A stretch of DNA of 64,000 bases. Origin: the human T2T-CHM13v2.0 reference genome, Homo sapiens. Positions 27,285-40,400 of this stretch are shown piece by piece. The stretch lies in NCBI RefSeq assembly GCF_009914755.1, contig NC_060928.1; one strand, written 5' to 3'. The translations under genes and the position numbers were made by a program. The notes under the pieces are model-generated. The model searched no databases and was not told the origin of the DNA. It saw only the letters and a list, made by a program, of their open reading frames with translations. Within the stretch, counting starts at the first letter, position 1. Each line of letters starts with the position of its first letter.

Positions 27285-27794
27285 TGATATGCTTCGGTTC
27301 TGTGTCCCCACCCAAATCTCATCTTGAATTATATTCCTATAACTCTCGTGTTATGGGAGGGACCTGGTGGAAGATAATTGAATCATGGAGGCAGTTCCCC
27401 CATACTGTTGTCATCGTAGTGAATCTCACAAGGTCTGATGGTTTTATCAAGGGTTTCTGCTTTTGCATCATCCTATTCTCTTTTTGCCTGCTGCCATCCA
27501 TGTAAAACAGGGCTTGCAGCAATTCCCTAAAAAAGGCACTTCTCATTTGCTACTTATATTTGACCATGCTGCCACCCCCTTTTCAATGTTGTACCTTTTT
27601 TTAATATAATTATTGATATGTAATTCTCCATGCGTGACCCTATCACGGCCTTTCATTCTCAGCCATGTGGAACTGTAAGTTCATGTGGAACTGTAAGTCC
27701 ATGTGGAACTGTAAGTCCAATTAAACTTCTTTCTTTTGTAAATTGCCCAGTCTCAGGTATGTCTTTATCAGCAGCATGAAAATGGACCAATACA
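27285..27794 (+). mobile_element. THE1 (MaLR) solo LTR with foreign 147-bp insertion and 18-bp triplication
   Basis: tgatatg...tgtgtccccacccaaatctcatcttgaatt start; aatggaccaataca end; perfect 5-bp TSD CCAAT. Confidence 0.93.
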
Positions 27795-28357
27795 CCAATC
27801 TTCTTATGTTTTTATATGATTATTTTTAAAATCTGGCCTGAGACATTAATCAGTCATAGCACAGCTCTGGCCAGTAAGTTAAAGCTGCCCTAAATGCTTT
27901 CTAGGATTGACGCTGTGTCATGATGGTCAGGGTATAAACATAAAGTACAATCCCAGCGGGCATACATGGTGCCACTGTAAATAAATAGTTTACACTGTTA
28001 GGGCATCCTGATCAGGATATACATTATTTAGTCAGTCAGGTTAACAGCACCCCCATGATGTTCTTGCACCATGGGGTTTTTTGTCCACTCAGAAGAATTT
28101 AATTTAGTCCTTGCTTTCAAAAGGACTAACTGAGACAGTCAGTTGTGAACAGTTTTATTTGTTCATGACATTAGTTTATCAACCTCAGGAGTGTGAATGA
28201 CATCTGGAGGTGTTCTCCGTGGAAAATCCAAGAGCTGAGGTCACCCCCTGCTGTCTCATAATCAGCATTATCAGGTGTGATCCTAGTCGCAGCAGTCACT
28301 TTGAACTTGATGTGTTCACAGCAGTTTAGAAAGGTAGTGCAGGGAGGTGGTGATGGT

Positions 28358-28358
<1 letters not shown>

Positions 28359-28394
<36 letters not shown>

Positions 28395-28402
28395 ATGTGT
28401 GT
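28359..28402. repeat. (TG)n microsatellite
   Basis: Long gt dinucleotide run. Confidence 0.92.
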
Positions 28403-29424
28403 CTTTCCCCAGAATGAACAGAAAACTGTCAGAAGCTGATCTGGAAAATAAAGATCATTAATGTCTTGGCCTGACCCTACCTTCACCCCACCACACACAT
28501 CTCCCCAGGTGTCAGCTGGGGCTTTGTTTGTTTGTTTGCCCACTGCCACTTTGTTGCTTCATTCAATAATCAAAATTTCTTACTTTCTTAATTTTCTGCT
28601 ATTCTCACCAGACTTTTTATTCAAAAGAGTTACAAGCAAGATGTAAAATAAAAGCAGTTTAACATAAGTAGTTTTTATACAATATATCCAGAAAGACACA
28701 ATATGTTTAAGAATTGATTGGGACAAAATTCTGAAAAATTTAAAATGGGTTTGCGTAACCTCTTTCAGTCCTTCCTGTTTAAAGCCATTCTGGTCTGCTA
28801 TCAATTTGAGCCTTCATAAAAGGGTAGAAGAGAATGAAAGGCCATGATAGGGTCACACATGGAGAATTACATATCAATAATTATAAAAGAAAGGTATAAC
28901 ATTGAAAAGGGGGTGGCAGCATGGTCAAATATAAGCAGCAAATGAGAAGTGCCTTTTTTAGGGAATTGCTGCAATGAGACCCTACATTGCTTCCCCATGA
29001 TGTACAGTCTAGGCTGGTTTTCTTGTTTCCTCCCAGTCATCAATTAAGTCTATCATTTAATTATGAATTGAAAGGTTAACCACCCCTGCATGTTGGGATT
29101 GTTGTGGAACATGGAGATTCTATCATAGGATCCATGAGCTCAGTGATATGCAGCTTTGGCTGCAAATATGGGGCTATTAACAGATGCATTGTGCTGAGGG
29201 AACATAAACAGAAAACAAATGTGGACTTGCCAGGACTGGATAGTGTGGCTTGAGTTAATGGAAAACATCGGAATCCAAAAAAAGTGTTGATTCAGTGGAA
29301 CCCTGTAGATGGGATGGGAAGCCTGGTGTGATCTATTTGCCAAGAAGTCCCTTCCTCACTGGCTCAAGAGATATATCCCTTTGACCAGGATGTGGCAGGT
29401 AGGGCAGTTTTGTTTTGGTGGTGT

Positions 29425-29862
29425 TGATATGGTTTGGATACTTGTCCCTTCCAAACTACATGTTAATATATGATTTCCAATGTTGGAGGTGAGGCCTGGT
29501 AGGAGGTGTTTGGGTCATGAAAGAGGATTTCTCCTGAATGCCTTGGTACACTCCCCACCATAATGAGTTCACATGAGATCTGATTTTGTAAAAAAAGCCT
29601 GGCATCTACACTCCTCTTGCTGTCTCTCACACCATGTGACACACCTGCTTCCCCTTCACCTTCTGCCATGATTGTAAGCTTTCTGTGGCCCTCACCAGAA
29701 ACAGATGTTGGCACCATGCTTCCTGAATGCCCTGCAGAACCGTGAGCCATTAAAACATTTTGGTTTCTAAGAAACAGAAAACAAACAAAACACCCCACAA
29801 TTTTTCTTTATAAATTGCCCAATCTCTGGCATTCTTTCTTAGTAGTGCAAATAGACTAAACA
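29425..29862 (+). mobile_element. MST (MSTA/B-like) MaLR solo LTR
   Basis: tgatatggtttggata start; ccttctgccatgattgtaagctt; tggcaccatgcttcctg; atagactaaaca end. Confidence 0.88.
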
Positions 29863-30052
29863 GATTGTCTTCTGATAGAGTAGCAGTTTGTGTCTCTAGG
29901 TTCAAGGTAGGATGGTGTCTGAATTTCCATGGGCTGTTCTCTTACAGATCCAGAAGGCTATCAATTCTACATGTGCTTGTTCTGGGAGAATAATTCAGTC
30001 TCATGTTCAGCTGATGAGGTTGGGTTTGCTACCATTTATCAGCATAGGTTTT

Positions 30053-30354
30053 GTTTGTTTGTTTGTTTGTTTGTTTTTGACAGTCTTGCTCTGTCTCCCA
30101 GGCTATAGTGCAGTGGTACTATCTCTGCTCACTGCAACTTCTGCCTCCTGAGTTCAAGCTATTCTCCTGCCTCAGCCTCCTGAGTAGTTGGGAGTACAGG
30201 CATCTGCCACCGCGCCTGGTTTATTTTTGTATTTTTAGTAGAGATGCGATTTCACCATCTTGGCCAGGCGGTTCTTAAACTCTTCACCTCGTGATTCACC
30301 TGACTCAGCCTCCCAAAGTGGTGGGATTACAGGCTTGAGCCACCGCGCCTGGCC
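30053..30354 (-). mobile_element. AluS with (GTTT)n tail
   Basis: Full antisense dimer ending caccgcgcctggcc; flanks agcataggtttt / agcatagggttct. Confidence 0.93.
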
Positions 30355-30362
30355 TAGCATAG

Positions 30363-30782
<420 letters not shown>

Positions 30783-31354
30783 TTATTTTATATCCTAGTC
30801 TAAGGCTTGCCAGTGGCCTGATCAAATACTCAGGCCATGGTGTGACAAAAACCAAGAGTCAAATGAAATATGCTATATTAGTATGTTTAAGAGTTGGTCA
30901 TGACAAATGGGCCTGGACCATTGATGTGGCCTGAATAGCCATTCCTAACACATGATGCTCTGCCCATTGTTTATGGGAGACAACAACCCTAGACGCTGAT
31001 AATCAGGTCTATGTTTTATTTTGAACAGCGTGTATTTATTTTAATGCTTCTTTGCATGTCTGCTAATTTCAATTGAATGCTATATATTGTGATTTTTGCC
31101 TTTCAGGATGCTGTATACATTTATATTTGTATTAATGTCTTTTAGCTTTGTTCTATCATACAGATAAGTTATTGGGAAATAATTTCATTTTTTAAGGACT
31201 TACTTTGAAGATTTGTAAGATGAGACAACAGCAGCATTTTGTCTACGGGTAATTATCACGTACTACTGAGGCAAAACTCTTTGACTATTATCACCAATCC
31301 CTTTGAATCATCAGGTTTTGTGTATTACCTGGAGAAAGCTGTCAGTCTCCTGGC

Positions 31355-31438
31355 CTGTGTAATCTCTTGGTACTGTTTTCACTAATTCTTATTGGGACTG
31401 TGTAATCCCTTGGTGCTGTTTTCACTAATTCTTATTGG
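31355..31438. repeat. 43-bp tandem duplication
   Basis: ctgtgtaatc(t/c)cttggt(a/g)ctgttttcactaattcttattgg twice. Confidence 0.92.
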
Positions 31439-31519
31439 TGATTTGTTGCCTAACTTCTGGTAGTTTCTTCACATACATTCTTGACAACTCCTGACTACCT
31501 TAGGAGGATCTAGGTCCAT

Positions 31520-32850
<1,331 letters not shown>

Positions 32851-32974
32851 GTTCTCATAATTAGGACATGAACATCATTGGGGGAAGGAGAGGGAGACAT
32901 CATATGATGTACACAAATGTTCAACAATCATGTGAAAGAAACAATTGTAAAAATTTCAAGACTATATTTAAACT

Positions 32975-33540
32975 ATTTTTTAAATTTATTTTTATTTGTA
33001 TAAATTTAAGGGACACAAGGACAGTTTTGTTACATCGATATATTAAATAGTGATGAAGACTGGGCTTTTAGTATATCCATCTAAATGGATATACTATAAA
33101 GATAATAATGATATGATGTATGTTTTACTCATTATTTTCTCATACCCCACCCCCTCCCACCATCCCACCTTTCTTGAGTCTCAAATGTCTATCATTACAC
33201 ACTCTATGTTCATGTGTACCCATTATTTGGCTCCCACTTAGAACTGAGAACATGTGATATTTGACTTTCTATTTCTGGGTTCTACTTAAGATAATGGCTG
33301 CCAGTTGCATCCATATTGTGGCAAAAAACATGATTTCATTATTTTTTATTGATGAACACTATTCCATCATGTATATATACCACATTTTCTTTATCCAATC
33401 ATCCATTTATGGACATTTAGGTTGATTCCAAAGCTTATTGCTGCAATAAGCATAGGAGTGCAGATATCTCTGCTATATACTGATTTAAATTCCTTTGGAT
33501 ATACACTCACTAGTGGGATTGCTGGATCATATGGTAGTTC
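32975..33540 (-). mobile_element. L1PB/L1MA-like 3' end
   Basis: aaatttaagggacacaag, atttggctcccactta, cacattttctttatccaatcatcc, gtgggattgctggatcatatggtagttc. Confidence 0.8.
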
Positions 33541-33835
33541 TTTTTTTTTTATTATTGTACTTTAAGTCCTAGGGTACATGTGCACAACGTGGAGGTTTGT
33601 TACATATGTATACATGTGCCATGTTGGTGTGCTGCACCCATTAACTTGTCATTTGCATTAGGTATATCTCCTAATGCTATCCCTCCCCTCTCCCCCCACC
33701 CCACAACAGGCCCCAGTGTGTGATGTTCCCCTTCCTGTGTCCAAGTGTTCCCATTGTTCAATTCCCACCTATGAGTGCGAACATGCGGTGTTTGGTTTTT
33801 TGTCCTTGCGATAGTTTGCTGAGAATGATGGTTTT
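33541..33835 (-). mobile_element. Short 5'-truncated young L1PA (L1PA3/4-like) 3' end
   Basis: Near-consensus 3'UTR: tagggtacatgtgcacaacgtg, ccctcccctctccccccacccc, gtccttgcgatagtttgctgagaatgatgg. Confidence 0.92.
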
Positions 33836-35299
33836 TTGATCAAAATAAATTTCTTTGAGAAAGGCATAATTTCAGAAATAGTATCATTGCCATTAGATAT
33901 TAACTAATAAAAGAAAAATGACTACTGTTTATTCTGTCATATTTTCTCTGAGTTCTGATTTTATGATTTATGACAGCATTTGGGTTTCTTTTGTTTTTCA
34001 GATTTTCACTTTATCTGGAGTGGGGTGAATAGGTAACTGAAATATTAAAAACAGTTCAAAACAATAGTAAATAATGACACTTATACATTCCAAAGAACAT
34101 GGAATTATTACTATTCTTAAATGATACACTCTTATAATAGGTTTTCCAGTTTTCACAGACAAGCCAATATGAGCAATTTATTGTTATGAAATCATGTGTT
34201 TTTAACGTTTGAATGCTGAAATTTGTAAATGATATTTCTGTTCACTCCAATAACCTGCTATAGATCAAATTTATCTCCTTCAGAGTTTATTCAGAAGGAC
34301 TAGAGAAAGCCTTCAAGACATAAAACCATAATAAATAAATTACTTGTACTTAGCAGGTTTAAATGTTTTTATGTTCCATTTGTAGTCATATATAAAAACA
34401 TATAATATAGAAGATCTTTGACATTTTGTAGGTCTTTTGTATCAATACAAAAGTCAATTTAATTCCAATCTTTAAAGCACACTGAATTTGTATTTTAACT
34501 TTTTATTAGTTTTCTTTTGAAAAGAGTTAAAAGATTTTCTGAATCCTTTTTGGAATAGGCTAACATGATTTATGCTTTCTTTTCCTATTTTCCTTAAAGC
34601 TCTCCCCACCCTTTAACACAGGCTTCCAAACATTATCTTTCTAAAGGTAACTCTGGAGGAAGGGTTATGATTAAGTATCTGAAACATAGCAATGTTCACC
34701 TTATAATGTAATAATTTTTGTATGCATGATAAACCATATTTAATTTTAAAACTAAATAGAAAATTGAGAATTATTCAGAAATAAGAGTAATCATTATGCA
34801 ATTGCTATCATTAAGCATGGTAGCAATTAGAATTAGAAAGGGGAAATAATTCAGTCTCTGTATGTTGCATAATTGAGGAGGTTAGTACTCCTGATTATGG
34901 TTGTCAAATCTAAGAGCAGGGTATATTTTTCACAAAGTGTCCTCTGAGGAGTTACACACCAGAAAAACTTTAGGCTGATAATTAGAAATGAATATACCAA
35001 GGCGTCAAGGACTCAATCATACCCACTAATCAGGTGTTACCTGAGCAGGACAATAAAACTGCATTTACATAGAAATTCATCAGTTGGTTGTTAATTATAT
35101 CATTATTTAAAAATACAAAATTATTGCATATTTTCAAGTGGATTACCTTTAAAACTTTATTTATGTTCTTTGGTCTTGAAAGAGCAGTTGTATACTGTAT
35201 TGGAATTTAATAATTCTTTCTCTGTTATAACACCATTTAGTTATCTATAGCCATTCTCAAGAGTAGAGGTAGTCCCAGCCCTGGCTTCAAATTGGGGCT

Positions 35300-35785
35300 T
35301 CTAAACCAAAAATGAAATTCTTAACCCCCTGAGTCCCTCAAGGTCTGATAAGAGACATTTACCATCTACTATCTCTGAAGCCTACTACTTAGAGGCTTCA
35401 TCTATGTAACAAGAACCTTGGCTTTCACAACCCTATTTATCTTAACTGTAGCATTTCTTTATGCTGCCTTCAGCTCTTCAAGCAAAGTTTAAGTCTTTCA
35501 ACCAATTGCCAATCAGAAAATCTTTGAATCCACCTATGACCTGCAAGACCCTACTCTCCATCCTTCAGTGTGTCTCATCTTTCCAGGCTGAACCAATGTT
35601 ATTGCTTTATGTATTTGCCTGTAACTTCTGACTCCCTGAAATGTATAAAACCAAGCTGTAACCCAACCACCTTGGGCACATGTTCCCAGGACCTCCTGAG
35701 GCTGTTTCATGGGCCGCCCTCTTATTTACACTTGCAGAATAAACCTCTTCAAATATTGTACAGAGTTTGGCTTTTCTCATCAACA
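35300..35785 (+). mobile_element. ERV1 solo LTR (MER4-family-like)
   Basis: taaaccaaaaatgaaattc start; aatgtataaaaccaagctg; accttgggcacatgttc; aataaacctcttcaaatatt; tcaaca end; 4-bp TSD GGCT. Confidence 0.85.
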
Positions 35786-36169
35786 GGCTTAAAGCTAAAC
35801 CTCCCATCTTTCATAGGAACCAATTTCTTAAACTCCACTACACAGTTTTATTGCCTGAATTTCTATAGGTCTTCAGTTTTATTTAGCTATGCTCAGTGTT
35901 TTGTTTTACTATTACATTTCTGGTTAACAAATATGACTATCTTGTATTTGAATCTTAATTCTATTTTCTTTTTTCTTGCTTATATCTATTATTCAGTGTA
36001 TCTGTTGAAGTCAGTGTCATTCAGAGTTGACTCTCCACATTTCTTGATCTAGAAATTGCAAATACTTCTCAACTGAAATTGCAAAAATTTCAGTCCTCAG
36101 GAACACACATAGAGTATGTTTTTGTTGAGTGGAACAGGTTTAGAGCAGCAGAAAGCAATGTTGCTTAAT

Positions 36170-37390
36170 TTTGAACTTGTGAGGAAAGATCTTAAAGCAC
36201 ACACAACAAACACAACAAAGTATAAATCATAAAGAAAACTACCGATATATTTTATTAAATATATTTTCCTTTGAAAAGAGTTAAAAAAATTTATATTTAT
36301 ATATCTGTAGATAGATATATATATATCTGTAGATATAGAGATATAAATATCTGTAGAGAAAATAATTATCTATAACATACACAAGTTAAAATCTGGAAGA
36401 AGGTGTCTTAAATGTATAAATATTTAAAAGGATAGATATTTAAAATATACAAAGAGTATTTGAAATAAATAAAAGAACCAATAGAAAATAGTGATCATAA
36501 TGTTTGATTGTTGACTTTAAGAAGAATAAACTCAAATGGCCAGTAAACTATATAAAAATATTTTCAACTTTTTAATAAATTCATATTAAAAGAAGGTAGC
36601 ATATCATACCTATCAGATGTCATATACATCGATGGTGATATTATTATACATGTTGGTCCAGATATGGAGCAAAAAGAACTCTATGCTATTCTAGTGAAGA
36701 GCAAATTTGTCAAACACTTTTCAGGCTTTGCAGTGTCTCACTTGAAGATTATTTTGAAATGCTATAGAAATCTAACTTTTGTTCATATTGTAAATGCCTC
36801 ATAGAAATTCCTGTGTACAAAGGAACTTCCATAAAAATATTTATTGGACTATTGTGTGTTACATGAAAATGTTTAAACAATCTAAAATTTCATGAAGAGA
36901 GCAATTAAAGCTTATTTACAAGATGAGGTTTTTATAGAAAAAACTAAAACTACATATATCAACAAGTATAAATCTATAAAAAAATCAAAAAAGTATATTA
37001 CAGAATATTCATACATGTTGATGCCACTTTATATATATTCATATATGTTGATACCATTTATAAACAATTAAAAACCTGTTCATGGGTGAATATATTCTAA
37101 AAACATGGAAAAGAATGATATATCCTGATTTAATGGTAGTGGTTATCTCTGAAACGGAGTGCGGAGAATGTTGTCAAGGAGATTATCACAGTGGTCTCAA
37201 GTACATATGTAGCATTTTATTTTTCATAAAAACAAGAACTGATATGACACAATATTAAGACTTTTTAAAGTTTGTATGTAAATGACTACTGATTGTATTG
37301 ACTTGTATGCTTATTTATATACTTTAATGTTCACTATTATTTTAAATTTATAATACATGCAATAATTATAAATTCATATATTTAGTATTT
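36170..37390 (+). mobile_element. Old L1ME-like 3' fragment
   Basis: A-rich degenerate L1 3' motifs; approximate boundaries. Confidence 0.5.
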
Positions 37391-37433
37391 AAAATACATT
37401 TGTCTTGCAGAATCTTGAGTAATCACTAAGTTT

Positions 37434-40400
37434 TTTTTTTTATTTTACTTTAAGTTCTGGGATACATGTGCAGAACGTACAGGTTTATTTCATAAATATA
37501 CATGTGCCATGGTGGTCTGCTGCACCCATCAACCCATAATCTACCTTAAGTATTTCTCCTAATGCTATCCTTCCCCATCCCCCAACCCCTGACAAGCTCC
37601 AGTGTGCAATGTTCCCCTTCCTGTGCCCATATGTTCTCATTGTTGAACTCCCACTTATGAATGAGAACATGCGGTGTTTGATCTTCTGTTCCTGTGTTAG
37701 TTTGCTAAGAATGATGGTTTCCAGCTTCATCCATGTCCCTGCAAAGGACATGAACTCATTATTTTTTATGGCTGTATAGTATTCCACTGTGTATATGTGC
37801 CACATTTTCTTTATCTGATCTGTCATTGATGGGCATTTGGGTTGGTTCCAAGTCTTTGTTATTTTGAATAGTGCTGCAATAAACATACGTGTGCATGTGT
37901 CTTTATAGTAGACTGATTTATAATCCTGCTGGGACAAATTTCTACTTCGAGATCCTTGAGGAATAGCCATACTGTCTTCCACAATGATTGAACTAATTTA
38001 CACTCCCACCAACAGTGTAAAAGCATTCCTATTTCTCCACATCCTCTCCAGCATCTGTTGTTTCCTGACTTTTTAGTGATCGCCATTCTAACTGGCATGA
38101 GATGGTATCTCATTGTGGTTTTGATTTGCATTTCTCTAATGACCAGTAATGACGAGTTTTTCTCATACCTTTCTTGGCCTCATAAATGTCATCTTTTGAA
38201 AATTGTCTATTCATATCCTTTGCACACTTTTTGATGGGGTTGTTTGTTTTTTTCTTGTAAATTTAAGTTCCTTGTAGATTCTGTCTATTAGCCCTTTGTC
38301 AGATAGATATATTGCAAAAATTTTCTCCCATTCTGTAGATTGCCTGTTCACTCTGATGATAGTTTCTTTTGCTCTGCAGAAGCTCTTTAGTTTAATTAGA
38401 TCCCATTTGTCAATTTTGGCTTTTGTTGCAATTGTTTTTGGTATTTTAACCATGAAGTCTTTGCCCATGCCTATATCCTGAATGGATTTGTTTCAGTTTT
38501 CTTCTCAGGTATCCATGGTTTTAGGTCTTATATTTAAGCCTTTCATCCATCTTGAGTTAATTTTTGTATAAGGTGTAAGGAACGGGTCCAGTTTCAGTTT
38601 TCTGCATATGGCTAAGCAGTTTTCTCAGTACCATTTATTAAATAGGGAATCCTTTCCCCATTGCTTGTTTTTGTCAGGTTTGTCAAAGATCAGATGGTTG
38701 TAGATGTGTGGTGTTATTTCTGAGGCCTCTGTTCTGTTCCATTGGTCTATATATCTGTTTTGGTAACAGTACCATGCTGTTTTGGTTACTGTAGCCTTGT
38801 AGTATAATTTGAAGTCAGGTAGCATGCTGCCTCCAGCTTTGTTCTTTTGGCTTAGAATTTTCTTGGCTATATGGGCTCCTTTTTGGTTCCATATCAAATT
38901 TAAAGTAGTTTTTTTCTAGTTCTGTGAAGAAAGTCAATGGTAGCTTAATGGGAATAGCATTGAATCTATCAGTTACTTTGGGCAGTATGGCCATTTTCAT
39001 GATACTTATTCTTCCTATCCGTGAGCATGGAATGTTTTTCCATTTGTTTGTGTCCTCTCTTATTTCCTTGAGGAGTGATTTGTAGCTGTCCTTGAAGAGT
39101 TCCTTCACATCCCTTTTAAGTTGTATTCCTAGGTATTGTAGCAATTTTAGCAATTGTGAATGGGAGTTCATTCATGATTTGGCTCTCTGTTTGTCTATTA
39201 TTGGTGTATGGGAATGCTTGTGATATTTGCACAATGATTTTGTATCCCGAGATTTTGCTGAAGTTGCTTATCAGCTTTAGATTTTGGGCTAAGACGATGG
39301 GATATTCTAAATATACAATCATCTTATCTGCAAACAGAGACAATTTGACTTCCTCTCTTTCTATTTGAATACCTTTATTTCTTTCTCTTGCTTGATTGCC
39401 CTGGTCAGAACTTCCAGTATTATTTTCAATAGGAGTGGTGAGAGAGGCCATCTTTGTCTTGTGCCAGTTTTGAAAGGGAATGCTTTCAGATTTTGCCATC
39501 CAGTGTGATATTGGCTGTGGATTTGTCATAAATATCTCTTATCATTTTGAGATACCCTCCATCAATACCTAGTTTATTGAGTGTTTTTAGCATGAATGGG
39601 TGTTGAATTTTATCGAAGGCTTTTTCTGCATCTATTGAGTTAATCATGTGGTTTTTGTCATTGGTTCTGTTTATGTTATGGATTATGTTTATCCATTTGT
39701 GTATGTTGAAACAACCTTGCATCCCAGGGATGAAGCCGACTTGATTGTGATGGAAAAGCTTTATAATGTGCTGCTGGATTTGGTTTCCCAGTATTTTATT
39801 GAGAATTTTTGCATCAATGTTCATCAGGCATATTGGCCTGAAATTTTCTTTGTTTGTTGTGTCACTGACAGATTTTGGTATCAGGATGATGCTGGCCTCA
39901 TAAAATGAGTTAGGGAGAAGTCCCTCTTTTTCTGTTGTTTGAAATAGTTTCAGATGGAATGGTACCAGCTCCTCTTTGTACCTTTGGTAGAATTCAGCTA
40001 TGAATCCTTCTGGTCCTGGGCTTGTTTTTGGTTGGCAGGCTATTAATTACTGCCTCAATTTCAGAAATTGTTATTGATTTATTCACGGATTCTACTTCTT
40101 TCTGGTTTATTCTTGGGAGGGTGTATGTGTCCAGGAATCTATCCATTTCTTCTAGATTTTCTAGTTTATTTGCATAGAGGTGTTTATAATGTTCTTAGAT
40201 GGAAGTTTGTATTTCTGTGGGATCAGTGATGATATTCCCTTTATCATTTTTTATTTGTCCATTTTATTATTCTCTCTTTTCTTCTTCATTTTTCTGGCTA
40301 GCGGTCTATCTATCTTGTTGATCTTTTCACAAAAACAAGCTCCTGGATTCATTGAATTTTTGGAAGGGTTTTTTGTGTCTCTATCTTCTTCAGTTCTGCT

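Noticed and set aside
27664-27717. Short direct repeats as a CRISPR-like array
   Set aside because: No spacers, eukaryotic LTR context and no cas genes
33530-33845. Young L1 fragment without TSD as an insertion-mediated large deletion
   Set aside because: ttttttga after the element may be the resumed host L1, so only a few bases may be lost; not resolvable without an orthologue
35570-36052. 160-aa ORF
   Set aside because: Starts within a MER4-like LTR and continues into T-rich flank; no homology recognised
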